This document shows, one piece after another, positions 10,462-19,708 of a stretch of DNA of 64,000 nt. The stretch is from Paracoccaceae bacterium (GTDB taxonomy: Bacteria > Pseudomonadota > Alphaproteobacteria > Rhodobacterales > Rhodobacteraceae): the NCBI GenBank assembly GCA_002699695.2, contig PACC02000043.1, forward strand, positions 637 through 64,636, given 5' to 3'. Numbering within the stretch: the stretch's first letter is position 1; each line of letters opens with the position of its first letter. Made by a program: the position numbers and the translations under genes. The notes below the pieces were generated by a model, which was given only the letters and a program-made list of their open reading frames with translations, made no database searches and was not told where the DNA came from.

Positions 10462-11658
10462 ATGATTAAAAAATTAATTATTTCTGTAATGATTTTGTTT
10501 GGATTTAGTACAGTTTCTATCGCCGATGTAAAAATTGGTAACCCAATGGCACGCACAGGTCCTATTCCGGAGCTTGTAAAACCAATGTCAGCAGCTGTGG
10601 ATCTTGCAGTTGAACATGTAAATGATCAAGGAGGCTTATTCTCTGATGGTCAGAAATATATAGCTGTAAAGGTGGATAGTGCCTGTGATCCTGTAGCTGC
10701 AGTTGATGCTGTGACTAAACTGGTTAATGTAGAAGTTGTGACCGGAATAGTGGGCCCAGTATGTTCTGGCGCTACTATAGCTCAAGCAGAATCTGTGTCC
10801 ATTCCAGCAGGTGTGGTAACATTATCTGTTTCTGCATCCTCTCCTGCCATAAGTGAAATGGAGAGCAATACTGATTTAGTTTTTAGAACTGCAGCATCAG
10901 ATGCTTATCAAGGGATAGCTTTGGCAGAGTTGGCCATGTCAAAAGGTCTTAAAGAAATTGCTGTTTCTTATGCTAACGATGATTATAATGCTGCTATAGC
11001 AGGAGTTTTTACCAAAGCTTTTACCTCCATGGGAGGTAAGATCACGGGTAATGAAGCACATGAACCTAATAAAGCTTCGTATAGATCTGAGGTTAATACT
11101 CTTGGTGCTGGTTCAAATAATCTTGCCCTTTTTGCATATTATGGTTCTAGCGGAATTACGATAATGCGAAATGCTATGGAAACTGGAGCATTTGAAAATT
11201 TCATAGGTGCTGATGGGATGCTAGCGCAGGAAGTTATTGACCAGCTGGGTGCTGAGAACCTAGGGAACGTTACTTTTACCACCTCAGCTTCGGATTCAAG
11301 TACGGATGCTTTCAAATCATGGAAAAAGCATGCTGACGCGGCAAATGTACCAGCTTCAGATCCATTTGTGCCAAACTCTTATGATGCTGCCTTTCTAATG
11401 GCTTTAGCTATAGAAAAAGCTGGTTCTGCAGATCGATCAAAAATAGCAGCAGCACTTCGAGAGGTTGCTAATGGTCCAGGAGAGAAAATTTATCCTGGTG
11501 AATGGAAAAAGGCTAAAGGGATCATAGCATCTGGTGGATCTATCGACTATGTTGGTGCTGCGGGACCTCAAGATTTTGACAAAAATGGCGATGTAGCTGG
11601 CTTGTTTAGTAAAAACACCGTTGTCGATGGGAAATGGAAATCTGTCGTTATAAAATAA
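10462..11658 (+). CDS. periplasmic substrate-binding protein, type-1 PBP (Leu/Ile/Val-binding protein family)
   Basis: Signal peptide MIKKLIISVMILFGFSTVSIA; 398 aa; last gene of the ABC operon. Confidence 0.85.
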   Translation: MIKKLIISVMILFGFSTVSIADVKIGNPMARTGPIPELVKPMSAAVDLAVEHVNDQGGLFSDGQKYIAVKVDSACDPVAAVDAVTKLVNVEVVTGIVGPVCSGATIAQAESVSIPAGVVTLSVSASSPAISEMESNTDLVFRTAASDAYQGIALAELAMSKGLKEIAVSYANDDYNAAIAGVFTKAFTSMGGKITGNEAHEPNKASYRSEVNTLGAGSNNLALFAYYGSSGITIMRNAMETGAFENFIGADGMLAQEVIDQLGAENLGNVTFTTSASDSSTDAFKSWKKHADAANVPASDPFVPNSYDAAFLMALAIEKAGSADRSKIAAALREVANGPGEKIYPGEWKKAKGIIASGGSIDYVGAAGPQDFDKNGDVAGLFSKNTVVDGKWKSVVIK

Positions 11659-11672
11659 CATGATAGAACTTC

Positions 11673-11705
11673 AAAAAAAGCCCCAAGACTATCTGGGGCT
11701 TTTTT
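11673..11705. terminator. bidirectional intrinsic terminator
   Basis: A7 tract, then stem GCCCCA (11680-11685), an 8-nt loop, stem TGGGGC (11694-11699), then a T6 tract. It lies between convergent genes and overlaps the stop of the minus-strand ORF. Confidence 0.7.
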
Positions 11706-12252
11706 AATTCAAGAGAATAGGTTTGTTGGATTTTGAACTGCTCTCTTTTAACCATGGGGGAAATGCTTTTGTTTCCCATTCAGCCTTTAGATAAATTTTA
11801 TAAACGGCATTTAACCACTGTCTCAAATTTGTGGTTGCAAGATCAAATTTAGCTTTACTTTTTGTAATATTTGATACTTCTGTGTTCTCACCTAGGAACA
11901 CGAGTTGGAAAGTACTCTCACTCCGACGAATCTGAATGCTGGTAACCAGCCAAGAAGGATTCTTAATTTTCATTTTGACGGCCTCAGCTTCTTGTTTGTC
12001 CAGCTCAGCCTTTTCTTGAGCTAGGGATTGTTCCAGTTCCGTTGGTATCTCGTTACTTGACTTAACTTCTAGTTGATCAGTTAAGCTTGGTATCAACCTA
12101 TCTAAGAGTCTTCTTGATAGCCAAAGTCTTTCAACTTTTTCATTTTTGTCTGAAGAATCCATAACCACACGATCTTCCATTGGATTGAAGCTCATGGTTA
12201 CAGTACTAATGAAGAAAGTTTCCTGGGAGTCCTGATTTATTACTTTTGACAT
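11704..12252 (-). CDS. hypothetical protein (182 aa), possibly with an internal duplication
   Basis: Long ORF 34 nt downstream of aroQ on the same strand. I recognise no family motif. Confidence 0.55.
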   Translation of the reverse strand: MSKVINQDSQETFFISTVTMSFNPMEDRVVMDSSDKNEKVERLWLSRRLLDRLIPSLTDQLEVKSSNEIPTELEQSLAQEKAELDKQEAEAVKMKIKNPSWLVTSIQIRRSESTFQLVFLGENTEVSNITKSKAKFDLATTNLRQWLNAVYKIYLKAEWETKAFPPWLKESSSKSNKPILLN

Positions 12253-12286
12253 TTTTATGAATACCCAGCTGTATTTTTTTTATAAA

Positions 12287-12739
12287 TTAACTTGTTTTTA
12301 ACTGGCCGCATAAGTCGGTCATTTTTCTTATTGCTATATTGTAGCCTTCAGTTCCAAAACCAGCAATAACTGCAGTAGCTTTTTGTGAAACATAGGAATG
12401 ATGTCTGAAGTTTTCTCTTGTATGGATGTTACTGATGTGAACTTCAATTATAGGTCCTTCAAATAGGGTCAGAGCATCTAAAATAGCTACCGATGTGTGA
12501 GAAAAGGCTGCAGGATTAATAATAACACCATTAGCTTCTTCTCTAGAAGCGTGAATCCAATCAATGAGATCGTGTTCTGCATTGCTCTGGAAAAATTTTA
12601 GCTTTGCATTATATTTTTTTGCTGTTTCAATACAACTTTTCTCAACATCTCTTAATGTTTTTCCACCATAAAGTTCTGGTTCCCTTTGGCCTAAAAGGTT
12701 CAGGTTAGGGCCATTAATTACGTAGATTAAATAGGACAT
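12287..12739 (-). CDS. aroQ: type II 3-dehydroquinate dehydratase
   Basis: 150 aa; INGPNLNLLGQREPELYG, NPAAFSHTSVA and HISN motifs. Confidence 0.95.
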   Translation of the reverse strand: MSYLIYVINGPNLNLLGQREPELYGGKTLRDVEKSCIETAKKYNAKLKFFQSNAEHDLIDWIHASREEANGVIINPAAFSHTSVAILDALTLFEGPIIEVHISNIHTRENFRHHSYVSQKATAVIAGFGTEGYNIAIRKMTDLCGQLKTS

Positions 12740-12807
12740 TTCATGCTCCTTAATTTTAATTCACATCTTGCTAAACTAAAAGCTAAGACGACTAAACCAT
12801 TAAAATA

Positions 12808-14007
12808 TTATGTAACAAGTTTTCTTTTTGTATACTTTTTATTCTTCCACATATTTTCTTTGATTATGAAATTTAATTTTTGTGCAGCTATAATAGCTTG
12901 ACTCTCATTATTAAAAAGAGGGTTAAATCCGAAACGCATAATATCAGGTTCTCTGTAGTCGCCTATGACTTGATGGTCGATTAGCGCTTGCATTTTCTCG
13001 TAAGCGTACCGTGTCCTAAAGGAAACCTGGCTACTCCTTAAGGAAGGATTTCTCGGACTAATAAGTTCCAAATCGAACCCTAAACTCTCTATTTCTTCAA
13101 TAAATAGTTGGGTTATATCTTGAGCTTTTTTTCTAAACACTTTCATGTTTACTTTTTTCCAAATCGCCAAAGCAGCCTTTAAAGCTGCCATTTGTATCAC
13201 TGGAGGGGTTCCAATTCTAAATTTCCTTATGCCTGACGCCGGTACAAAGGATAGATCAAATTTAAAAGGAAATTCGTGACCAAGCCAACCAGAAATCTCC
13301 GGTTCTATTTTAGGTATATGGGATGGTTTTACATAAAGGAATGCAGGAGCTCCAGGGCCTCCGCACAAAAATTTGTACGTGCATCCAACTGCAAAATCTA
13401 TATCATGTTGGTCTACATTTAGGCACAGTGCCCCAACAGAATGGGCTAGGTCCCAGACGGTTACTATTCCTTCTTTTTTTGCTAAATTAGTCAATTTCTC
13501 TATGTCGTGAACATACCCTGTTCTGTAATCAACTTGTGTTAACATGAGGATAGATACATCCCCTTTTCTTATTTCGTGCTCTAAACTATCTGTGTTGACT
13601 AACCTAACAGGTGGTAGATTTTTTTGTTTTAGAATAGAATTTGCCACATAAATATCTGAGGGGAAATTGCCTTTGTCACTTAGAATAACTCCATCCTTGG
13701 GAGCGATCTGTATAGCACTTGCCAAGGCCTGATATACTTTAAAAGAAAGAGTATCTCCTACTGTAACACAATCTCTTTTTGCTCCTATCAGACTAGCTAT
13801 ATCATTTCCCAAAGTTTCAGGCTGATCCATCCAACCTGACTGATTCCAGCCTTTTATCAGAAGTTTGCCCCATTCATTATGAGTGACATTTGAAATTGCT
13901 TTGGCAGCACCTTTTGGTAATGGGCCTAAGGAATTTCCATCTAGATAAATTAGATCTTTGGGAATTTCAAATAGGGAATTGAATTTCAAGAAAACATCAT
14001 TTTCCAT
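12808..14007 (-). CDS. kynU: kynureninase
   Basis: IYLDGNSLGPLP, WDLAHSVGA, DFAVGCTYKFLCGGPGAPAF (PLP lysine context) and GDYREPDIMRFGFNPL. It is collinear with bacterial KynU over its full length. Confidence 0.9.
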   Translation of the reverse strand: MENDVFLKFNSLFEIPKDLIYLDGNSLGPLPKGAAKAISNVTHNEWGKLLIKGWNQSGWMDQPETLGNDIASLIGAKRDCVTVGDTLSFKVYQALASAIQIAPKDGVILSDKGNFPSDIYVANSILKQKNLPPVRLVNTDSLEHEIRKGDVSILMLTQVDYRTGYVHDIEKLTNLAKKEGIVTVWDLAHSVGALCLNVDQHDIDFAVGCTYKFLCGGPGAPAFLYVKPSHIPKIEPEISGWLGHEFPFKFDLSFVPASGIRKFRIGTPPVIQMAALKAALAIWKKVNMKVFRKKAQDITQLFIEEIESLGFDLELISPRNPSLRSSQVSFRTRYAYEKMQALIDHQVIGDYREPDIMRFGFNPLFNNESQAIIAAQKLNFIIKENMWKNKKYTKRKLVT

Positions 14008-14132
14008 AAAGGCTATTGATCTTTCATCTGGTTAAAGTATACCTGGGCTCACTGATAATGGACCCTACCGTTTTGTCAATATTGATGTATTCAAAAATCT
14101 AAAGGGTTGGAACCATAGGAATTTTCTACAAT

Positions 14133-15053
14133 ATTTTTTTCAGAGCTGCTGAAAGTTTTTCGAGAGAAACGGTTTTAGGTTTTCTGGCAGCCATTGCAGT
14201 AGTTTTTATTTGGTCTTTTTGGCTAATTATTAGTCGTTTAGGAGTTCAGACTTCATTGACGATCTATGATTTAACAGCTATTCGTTTTGGACTGTCATCA
14301 TTGATAGTTTTTCCATTTATATTTTATTTCAAGACATGGCGAACGATTAGTTTTGTCAAATCACTTGCTGTTGCTTTTTCAATTGGCCCTATTTATGCCC
14401 TTTTAGCTTTTGGGGGCTTTATGTTTTCTCCAGCCTTTCATGGTGGGGTATTCATGAATGGATTTCTTCCATTTATTGTAGTTTTGTTGGGTTTTATTTT
14501 TGGTCAAAGAATAAAAGTTCTACAACTTGTTGGTATTACGTTTATTTTATGGGGTTCAATAATAATTTTGTTTGAAGCACAGGGCTTTTCCCAAAAAAAT
14601 AGTTGGTTCGGTGATGTCTTGTTCATCTTAGCGGCCTTTTTTTTAGCATTCTTTATGAATCTTGTTAAGAAATGGGACCTTCAATACATTCAGATTTTAT
14701 ATTGTATCTGCTTGGTTAACGCAGTTTTCTATTTGCCTTTTTGGTTCTTTTTTCTCCCTAGCGGTATAGAATCATTTAACATTTTTTGGCATGATCAAAA
14801 CGTTATTATTAACGTTTTGTTTCAAGGATTTATTCCTAACCTTCTAGGTTTATTTTTAACGGCATATTCTGCCAAGATTATTGGCCCCCCCAAAGCCTCG
14901 GCTGTACTTGCAGCAGTTCCAACTATGGGCGCTTTATTGGGATTTCTCTTGCTTTCAGAAACTCCCACATTTTTTGGATGGGTGAGCCTTGTCGTAGTTT
15001 CAACAGGGATTTTGATGGTAGTGATTAAGGGTGATGATATTGGAAAATGCTAA
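14133..15053 (+). CDS. EamA/DMT-family transporter; start unresolved
   Basis: The track ORF starts at the TTG at 14256, but the same open frame upstream (from 14103) encodes ...SRETVLGFLAAIAVVFIWSFWLIISRLGVQTSLTIYDLTAIRF, the normal first TM helix of an EamA domain. There is no ATG/GTG/TTG in that stretch. 14133 (ATT) is only a placeholder. Confidence 0.7.
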   Translation: MFFRAAESFSRETVLGFLAAIAVVFIWSFWLIISRLGVQTSLTIYDLTAIRFGLSSLIVFPFIFYFKTWRTISFVKSLAVAFSIGPIYALLAFGGFMFSPAFHGGVFMNGFLPFIVVLLGFIFGQRIKVLQLVGITFILWGSIIILFEAQGFSQKNSWFGDVLFILAAFFLAFFMNLVKKWDLQYIQILYCICLVNAVFYLPFWFFFLPSGIESFNIFWHDQNVIINVLFQGFIPNLLGLFLTAYSAKIIGPPKASAVLAAVPTMGALLGFLLLSETPTFFGWVSLVVVSTGILMVVIKGDDIGKC

Positions 15054-15490
15054 TGGAATTCTAATGGAATTGTCACAGGTCCATCGTTGAGGATTCGTAG
15101 CTTCATGTGACTTCCAAAAATACCCGTTTTTGTGGGTATTTTTTTTCCTTTAAAAATCTCAACTAATTGATCAAAAATTTTCTTTGCATTCACTGGAGGT
15201 AGAGCGTTCTTAAAATCTGGTCGATTACCACTTTTCGTATTAGCAGCTAAAGTGAACTGACTAACCAATAAAATTGAACCCTTAACATCGAGAAGAGATT
15301 TGTTCATTTTACCAAATTTATCCTCAAAAATTCTAATTTTTGAAACTTTTTCTACAACTTTTTCACATGTTTGATTGTTATCATTTGGCATTGCACAGAC
15401 AAGTGTTAAAAGGCCCAAACCAATAGAACCCACAATCTTTCCATTTACCTCTACTGAGGCACAAGATACCCTCTGAATATTCAATAACAA
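15050..15490 (-). CDS. dtd: D-aminoacyl-tRNA deacylase
   Basis: VSQFTLAANTKSGNRPDF and NDGPVTI motifs. The TTG at 15490 gives the usual M-LLNIQRV N-terminus. The track start is the TTG at 15511. Confidence 0.9.
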   Translation of the reverse strand: MLLNIQRVSCASVEVNGKIVGSIGLGLLTLVCAMPNDNNQTCEKVVEKVSKIRIFEDKFGKMNKSLLDVKGSILLVSQFTLAANTKSGNRPDFKNALPPVNAKKIFDQLVEIFKGKKIPTKTGIFGSHMKLRILNDGPVTIPLEFH

Positions 15491-15583
15491 GCTATTGCTC
15501 TCTCTCTGCAAACATATTCAATCACTATTGAATTACATAGTCTATATGATAGTTTTAGTTACTACTACTGCGTCAGGTTATTA

Positions 15584-17104
15584 ATGAAAAACCCCCTTTT
15601 TGAGAAGCTCTTCAAAAACAAAGAAAATGATGAAAATGTATTCCTTTCTTTTGGTGACGGGACTTCCCTTACCTATAAGGAATACGTGAAAATGATCTAT
15701 GAATTTTCGTCTATCTTTAGCTCGATAGGATTAAAGCCAGGAGACAGGTTAGCTTTGAAGATAGAAAAATCCCTATATTTTTTGGTTGTTTATGGTGCTT
15801 GCGTTCATAGAGGGCTGATTTTTTTACCTATAAATGATAGTGCCACTACTAAAGAATTATTGTATTTTCTTAAAGATTCAGAAACCAGAATAGTAATTTC
15901 AGACAAAGAACAGGTTCATGAGCTAAAGAAATTTTTGATTAACTCTGATGTACTAATTGAGACATTAGAAAAAGATGGCACTGGATCATTACGAACTATA
16001 GCAAAATGTGCACACTTTTCAGCTGAACCAGAAGTTAGAAATTTACAGGATATCGCCGCACTTCTTTATACTTCTGGAACCACTGGAAGACCAAAGGCAG
16101 CAATGATTACACATGAAAATTTGATCTCAAATTCGAAAACTCTTATGGAATTTTGGCGCTTTTCTCGTAAAGACATACTTATTCATGCATTACCAGTTTA
16201 TCACACCCATGGTCTTTTTGTAGCTACTAATGTCATTTTAATGGTATCAGCAAGGATGATTTTTATTAGTAAGTTCGATGTTGATAGTGTCATTAAGGTT
16301 CTTCCTAAAGCTACCACTATTATGGGAGTGCCTACTTACTATTCAAGACTCATCGAGTCTCCAAATTTGACCAAGGAATTGACCCAGCACATGCGTTTAA
16401 TTATATCTGGAAGCGCTCCGCTTACTAAAGAATTAAGTGACAAGTTTTTTGAGAGAACTGGGAAGAGAATTCTTGAAAGATATGGTATGACTGAGACCAA
16501 TATGATTAGTTCTAATCCATATTTTGGAGAGCGAAGAGCGGGAACTGTTGGTCATGCTCTGCCAGGAATTAAAATAAGAATTTGTAACCCTGAGACTGGC
16601 AAACGTTTATCTCGTGGGCACGTGGGGGAAGTTGAATTAAAGGGTAAAAATGTCTTTCGGGGCTATTGGAAGATGTCAAAAAAAACCCAGGAAAACTTTA
16701 GACATGATGGTTTCTTCAGAACGGGAGATCTTGGGAAATTTGACCAGCAAGGCTTCTTAGAAATTGTCGGTAGATTAAAAGACCTGATTATTACAGGAGG
16801 TTTAAATGTTTACCCTAAAGAGGTAGAAACCATATTAGACAGTTTTTCTGGAGTTAAAGAAAGTGCGGTAATAGGAGTGCCTCACTTTGATTTTGGAGAG
16901 GCTGTATTGGCTGTGATCATTAGTGAAACAGGATCTGTCCCTGATGTAAAACACATAGCACAATATCTAGAAGGTAATTTGGCCAAATATAAATGCCCAA
17001 AGGAGTACATTTTTATGAATAGTTTACCTCGAAATAATTTGGGAAAGGTGTTAAAAAAATCCTTAAGAGAAAAATACAGAAATTATTTTACTAATATAGA
17101 GTGA
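15584..17104 (+). CDS. matB: AMP-dependent acyl-CoA synthetase, malonyl-CoA synthetase (MatB)-like
   Basis: LYTSGTTGRPKAAMITHENL, IHALPVYHTHGLFVATNV, ERYGMTETNM, GDLG and GGLNVYPKEVE. It is closely collinear with rhizobial MatB as I remember it. Confidence 0.8.
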   Translation: MKNPLFEKLFKNKENDENVFLSFGDGTSLTYKEYVKMIYEFSSIFSSIGLKPGDRLALKIEKSLYFLVVYGACVHRGLIFLPINDSATTKELLYFLKDSETRIVISDKEQVHELKKFLINSDVLIETLEKDGTGSLRTIAKCAHFSAEPEVRNLQDIAALLYTSGTTGRPKAAMITHENLISNSKTLMEFWRFSRKDILIHALPVYHTHGLFVATNVILMVSARMIFISKFDVDSVIKVLPKATTIMGVPTYYSRLIESPNLTKELTQHMRLIISGSAPLTKELSDKFFERTGKRILERYGMTETNMISSNPYFGERRAGTVGHALPGIKIRICNPETGKRLSRGHVGEVELKGKNVFRGYWKMSKKTQENFRHDGFFRTGDLGKFDQQGFLEIVGRLKDLIITGGLNVYPKEVETILDSFSGVKESAVIGVPHFDFGEAVLAVIISETGSVPDVKHIAQYLEGNLAKYKCPKEYIFMNSLPRNNLGKVLKKSLREKYRNYFTNIE

Positions 17105-17107
17105 ATC

Positions 17108-17758
17108 ATGAGCCTAGAGGATATTTTATCTAGAGTAGAAGTTGCTGAAATAGAAACTGGGAGAAAAAAAGGTTCTGTTAATATAATTGCGGTTTCAAAA
17201 GTACAGCCTGTCGAAAGAATCAAGCGAGTTCTTAATCAAGGACACCGGGTTTTTGGAGAAAATCGTGTAAAGGAGTCCTTAGCGAAGTGGCCTGTATTGA
17301 TTGAAGAGTATGGGGAAATTGAATTGCATCTATTAGGGCCCTTACAAACTAATAAAGTAAAAGAGGCTACGCAATTTTTTAATGTGATTCATAGTGTAGA
17401 TCGTAAAAAATTAGTTTTAAAAATTGACAGTGAAGTTCAAAAAAGAGGGATTTGTCCAGCATTATTCATTCAGGTTAATACTGGCAATGAACTCCAGAAA
17501 GCTGGGGTGGCTTTAGAACATTTGGAAGATCTTTTTAAGTTAGCAAAAGAAGAATATTCTTTACCAGTTATTGGTTTGATGTGCTTGCCTCCAGTAAATG
17601 AACCTCCTTTGACTCATTTTAAGAAACTTTCTAGCCTAAATGAGCACCTGGGGCTTTCAAGAATTTCTATGGGTATGAGTAATGACTTTGAAGACGCCAT
17701 AAAATCAGGAGCTACTGACATTCGAGTTGGATCAGCAATATTTGGTTCACGTAGCTAG
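17108..17758 (+). CDS. yggS: YggS-family pyridoxal-phosphate homeostasis protein
   Basis: 216 aa; IIAVSKVQP (PLP lysine), FGENRVKE, HLLGPLQTNK, SMGMSNDFEDAI. Confidence 0.9.
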   Translation: MSLEDILSRVEVAEIETGRKKGSVNIIAVSKVQPVERIKRVLNQGHRVFGENRVKESLAKWPVLIEEYGEIELHLLGPLQTNKVKEATQFFNVIHSVDRKKLVLKIDSEVQKRGICPALFIQVNTGNELQKAGVALEHLEDLFKLAKEEYSLPVIGLMCLPPVNEPPLTHFKKLSSLNEHLGLSRISMGMSNDFEDAIKSGATDIRVGSAIFGSRS

Positions 17759-17762
17759 TCTG

Positions 17763-18878
17763 CTAATTTTGAGCAAATATGTGACCACTTTTTCTTTTCT
17801 TTGTTTCTAAATACTGTTTGTTTTCATTAGTAGTCCTGGTCACTAATGGTACGCGACTTACTATTTGTATGTCAGAATTTTTGAAATTCGCTACTTTCAA
17901 AGGATTATTTGTCAAAAGATCTATTTTCTTGACTCCCAATTCTTTCAAGATTTTTGTTCCTACTGTAAAGTCTCTTTCATCGTCTTCAAAACCGAGTTGA
18001 TGATTTGACTCGAATGTATCTAGTCCAGCGTCTTGTAGTTTATAGGCTCGCATTTTATTAGCTAAGCCGATCCCCCTACCTTCCTGATTCAAATAGAGTA
18101 TTATGCCACATTTTGCCTTCTTTATTTTGTTGATAGCTAGGTCCAATTGTTCGCCACAATCACACTTAAGGGAATGCAAAATATCACCTGTAAAACAAGC
18201 TGAATGTAATCTAGTCAGTATTGATTGAGAAAAATCCAAGGCTCCAATCTCAACAGCATAATGCTCTGATAAGCTGATAGGATCCCTAAAAACTGAAACT
18301 TTAGAGGAGAGCCCGTAACGTAGAGGAACTCGTCCTGAACTAATCAGCACAGGGTTAGGGTTAGATTTTTTGGAAATTATAGAGTTGGAGATGTTTTGAT
18401 ATAACAAACCTTCTCCTTCGAGCTTTTTTGCGGTTTCACCGTCTATAGGAATAACCAAAGTAGCAGGTAATAGCTCAGCCTCTTTACAATATTTGATTCC
18501 AATTCTTGCTATTTCTGAATCCCCATTTCGAAAACTTTCATATGGTCCTTTCATAGGATACTCTAAATCAAGTGAGGGATCTGCAGTGGCTTTGATCCAG
18601 TTTAGGTCAATCTTTTTTTGTATTTTTAGCCTAGCGATATCGTTTTCATATACTCTGGCTTTTAGTAAATCAGCACGTTTTTTTGTTACCGCTATATAAG
18701 GATCAGGCTTTGATAATGAGAAAAATGTTTTTAATTTATCAAAATTTTCTGCAGTCAGTGTTTCAATTGAAATAATTAAAGCATTTTTATTCTTGTTTTT
18801 AACAATAATAGGAATGCCAAATTTCAAGTCACTGATCTGTCGAATAGACTGTTCTTCTTGTGTGAGGTAGGAGTGCAT
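17763..18878 (-). CDS. ribA: GTP cyclohydrolase II with a roughly 170-aa N-terminal degenerate DHBP-synthase-like domain
   Basis: The C-terminal half has RLHSACFTGDILHSLKCDCGEQL and YLNQEGRGIGLANKMRAY. The N-terminal half lacks the ENEGD-type catalytic motif. Confidence 0.85.
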   Translation of the reverse strand: MHSYLTQEEQSIRQISDLKFGIPIIVKNKNKNALIISIETLTAENFDKLKTFFSLSKPDPYIAVTKKRADLLKARVYENDIARLKIQKKIDLNWIKATADPSLDLEYPMKGPYESFRNGDSEIARIGIKYCKEAELLPATLVIPIDGETAKKLEGEGLLYQNISNSIISKKSNPNPVLISSGRVPLRYGLSSKVSVFRDPISLSEHYAVEIGALDFSQSILTRLHSACFTGDILHSLKCDCGEQLDLAINKIKKAKCGIILYLNQEGRGIGLANKMRAYKLQDAGLDTFESNHQLGFEDDERDFTVGTKILKELGVKKIDLLTNNPLKVANFKNSDIQIVSRVPLVTRTTNENKQYLETKKRKSGHIFAQN

Positions 18879-18950
18879 CTTAAACTTTCAAAATCTAGTT
18901 CTTAATAATATAGTTGCTCAATTAATAAAATAAATACCAAACAGATTCTT

Positions 18951-19697
18951 ATGCTAAAGAAAACCAAAGTGTATAGTTTGAGAAACGTAATGAAAAATGA
19001 TAGTAAAGAAACTAAAAGTTTAGCATTAGTAGACAATGATCTAACTCTCTATAATGAGCTAGAAGAGCAACAGAATTTTGAGCGAAACTATTTTTGGCGA
19101 CATTTTAAAAAACTAGATAATTTTATTCAAGAAGCGCAATCAAAGGTTTTTGACCTAGTCATTTTCAATCAGCCTAACTCTGAACAAAAAAGGGTAGAAA
19201 AATCTTCTATTTCACTTTTGAAATTGCATCATGTTCCAACAATTGTTCTTTTTTCAAAAAATGATGCAAAGGATTACAATACTAAGGATGGTAATTTAGA
19301 AAGCTTAACGTTTATAGAAAAACCGTTTAGATTTGTGACATTAGTTGAAATTATGAATGAAAAATTTAAGTTTCAAGAAAAATCTAAATTTCTAACCATA
19401 GTAATTGGGCCTTACTTTCTCAAACCTTTTGAAAAGGTAATAGTGGATAATTTTGGGGAAGAGTTGTTGCTAACAGATACGGAAGTTAAAATAGTGAGAA
19501 TACTTTCCAAATATGAGGGGGTCTTTGTGAGAAAGGAATTTGTTATGGAAAAAGTTTGGGGAATCAAGAAGTTTCTTGAAACACACACCTTAGAAACTCA
19601 TATCTATAGGTTGAGAAAGAAAATTCAGAAGAAGTTCAATGAAGATTTATGGATTAAGAGTAAGAAAGGAAGATACGCACTTGGATACAAATATTGA
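18951..19697 (+). CDS. OmpR/PhoB-type winged-helix regulator with an atypical receiver-like domain
   Basis: The C-terminus LTDTEVKIVRILSKYEGVFVRKEFVMEKVWG...THTLETHIYRLRKKI is a trans_reg_C pattern. The N-terminus is receiver-like (LALVDND, KPF) but reads FDLVIFN where DLVxxD is expected. An alternative ATG at 18990 is possible. Confidence 0.7.
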   Translation: MLKKTKVYSLRNVMKNDSKETKSLALVDNDLTLYNELEEQQNFERNYFWRHFKKLDNFIQEAQSKVFDLVIFNQPNSEQKRVEKSSISLLKLHHVPTIVLFSKNDAKDYNTKDGNLESLTFIEKPFRFVTLVEIMNEKFKFQEKSKFLTIVIGPYFLKPFEKVIVDNFGEELLLTDTEVKIVRILSKYEGVFVRKEFVMEKVWGIKKFLETHTLETHIYRLRKKIQKKFNEDLWIKSKKGRYALGYKY

Positions 19698-19708
19698 AGA
19701 AATATGTT

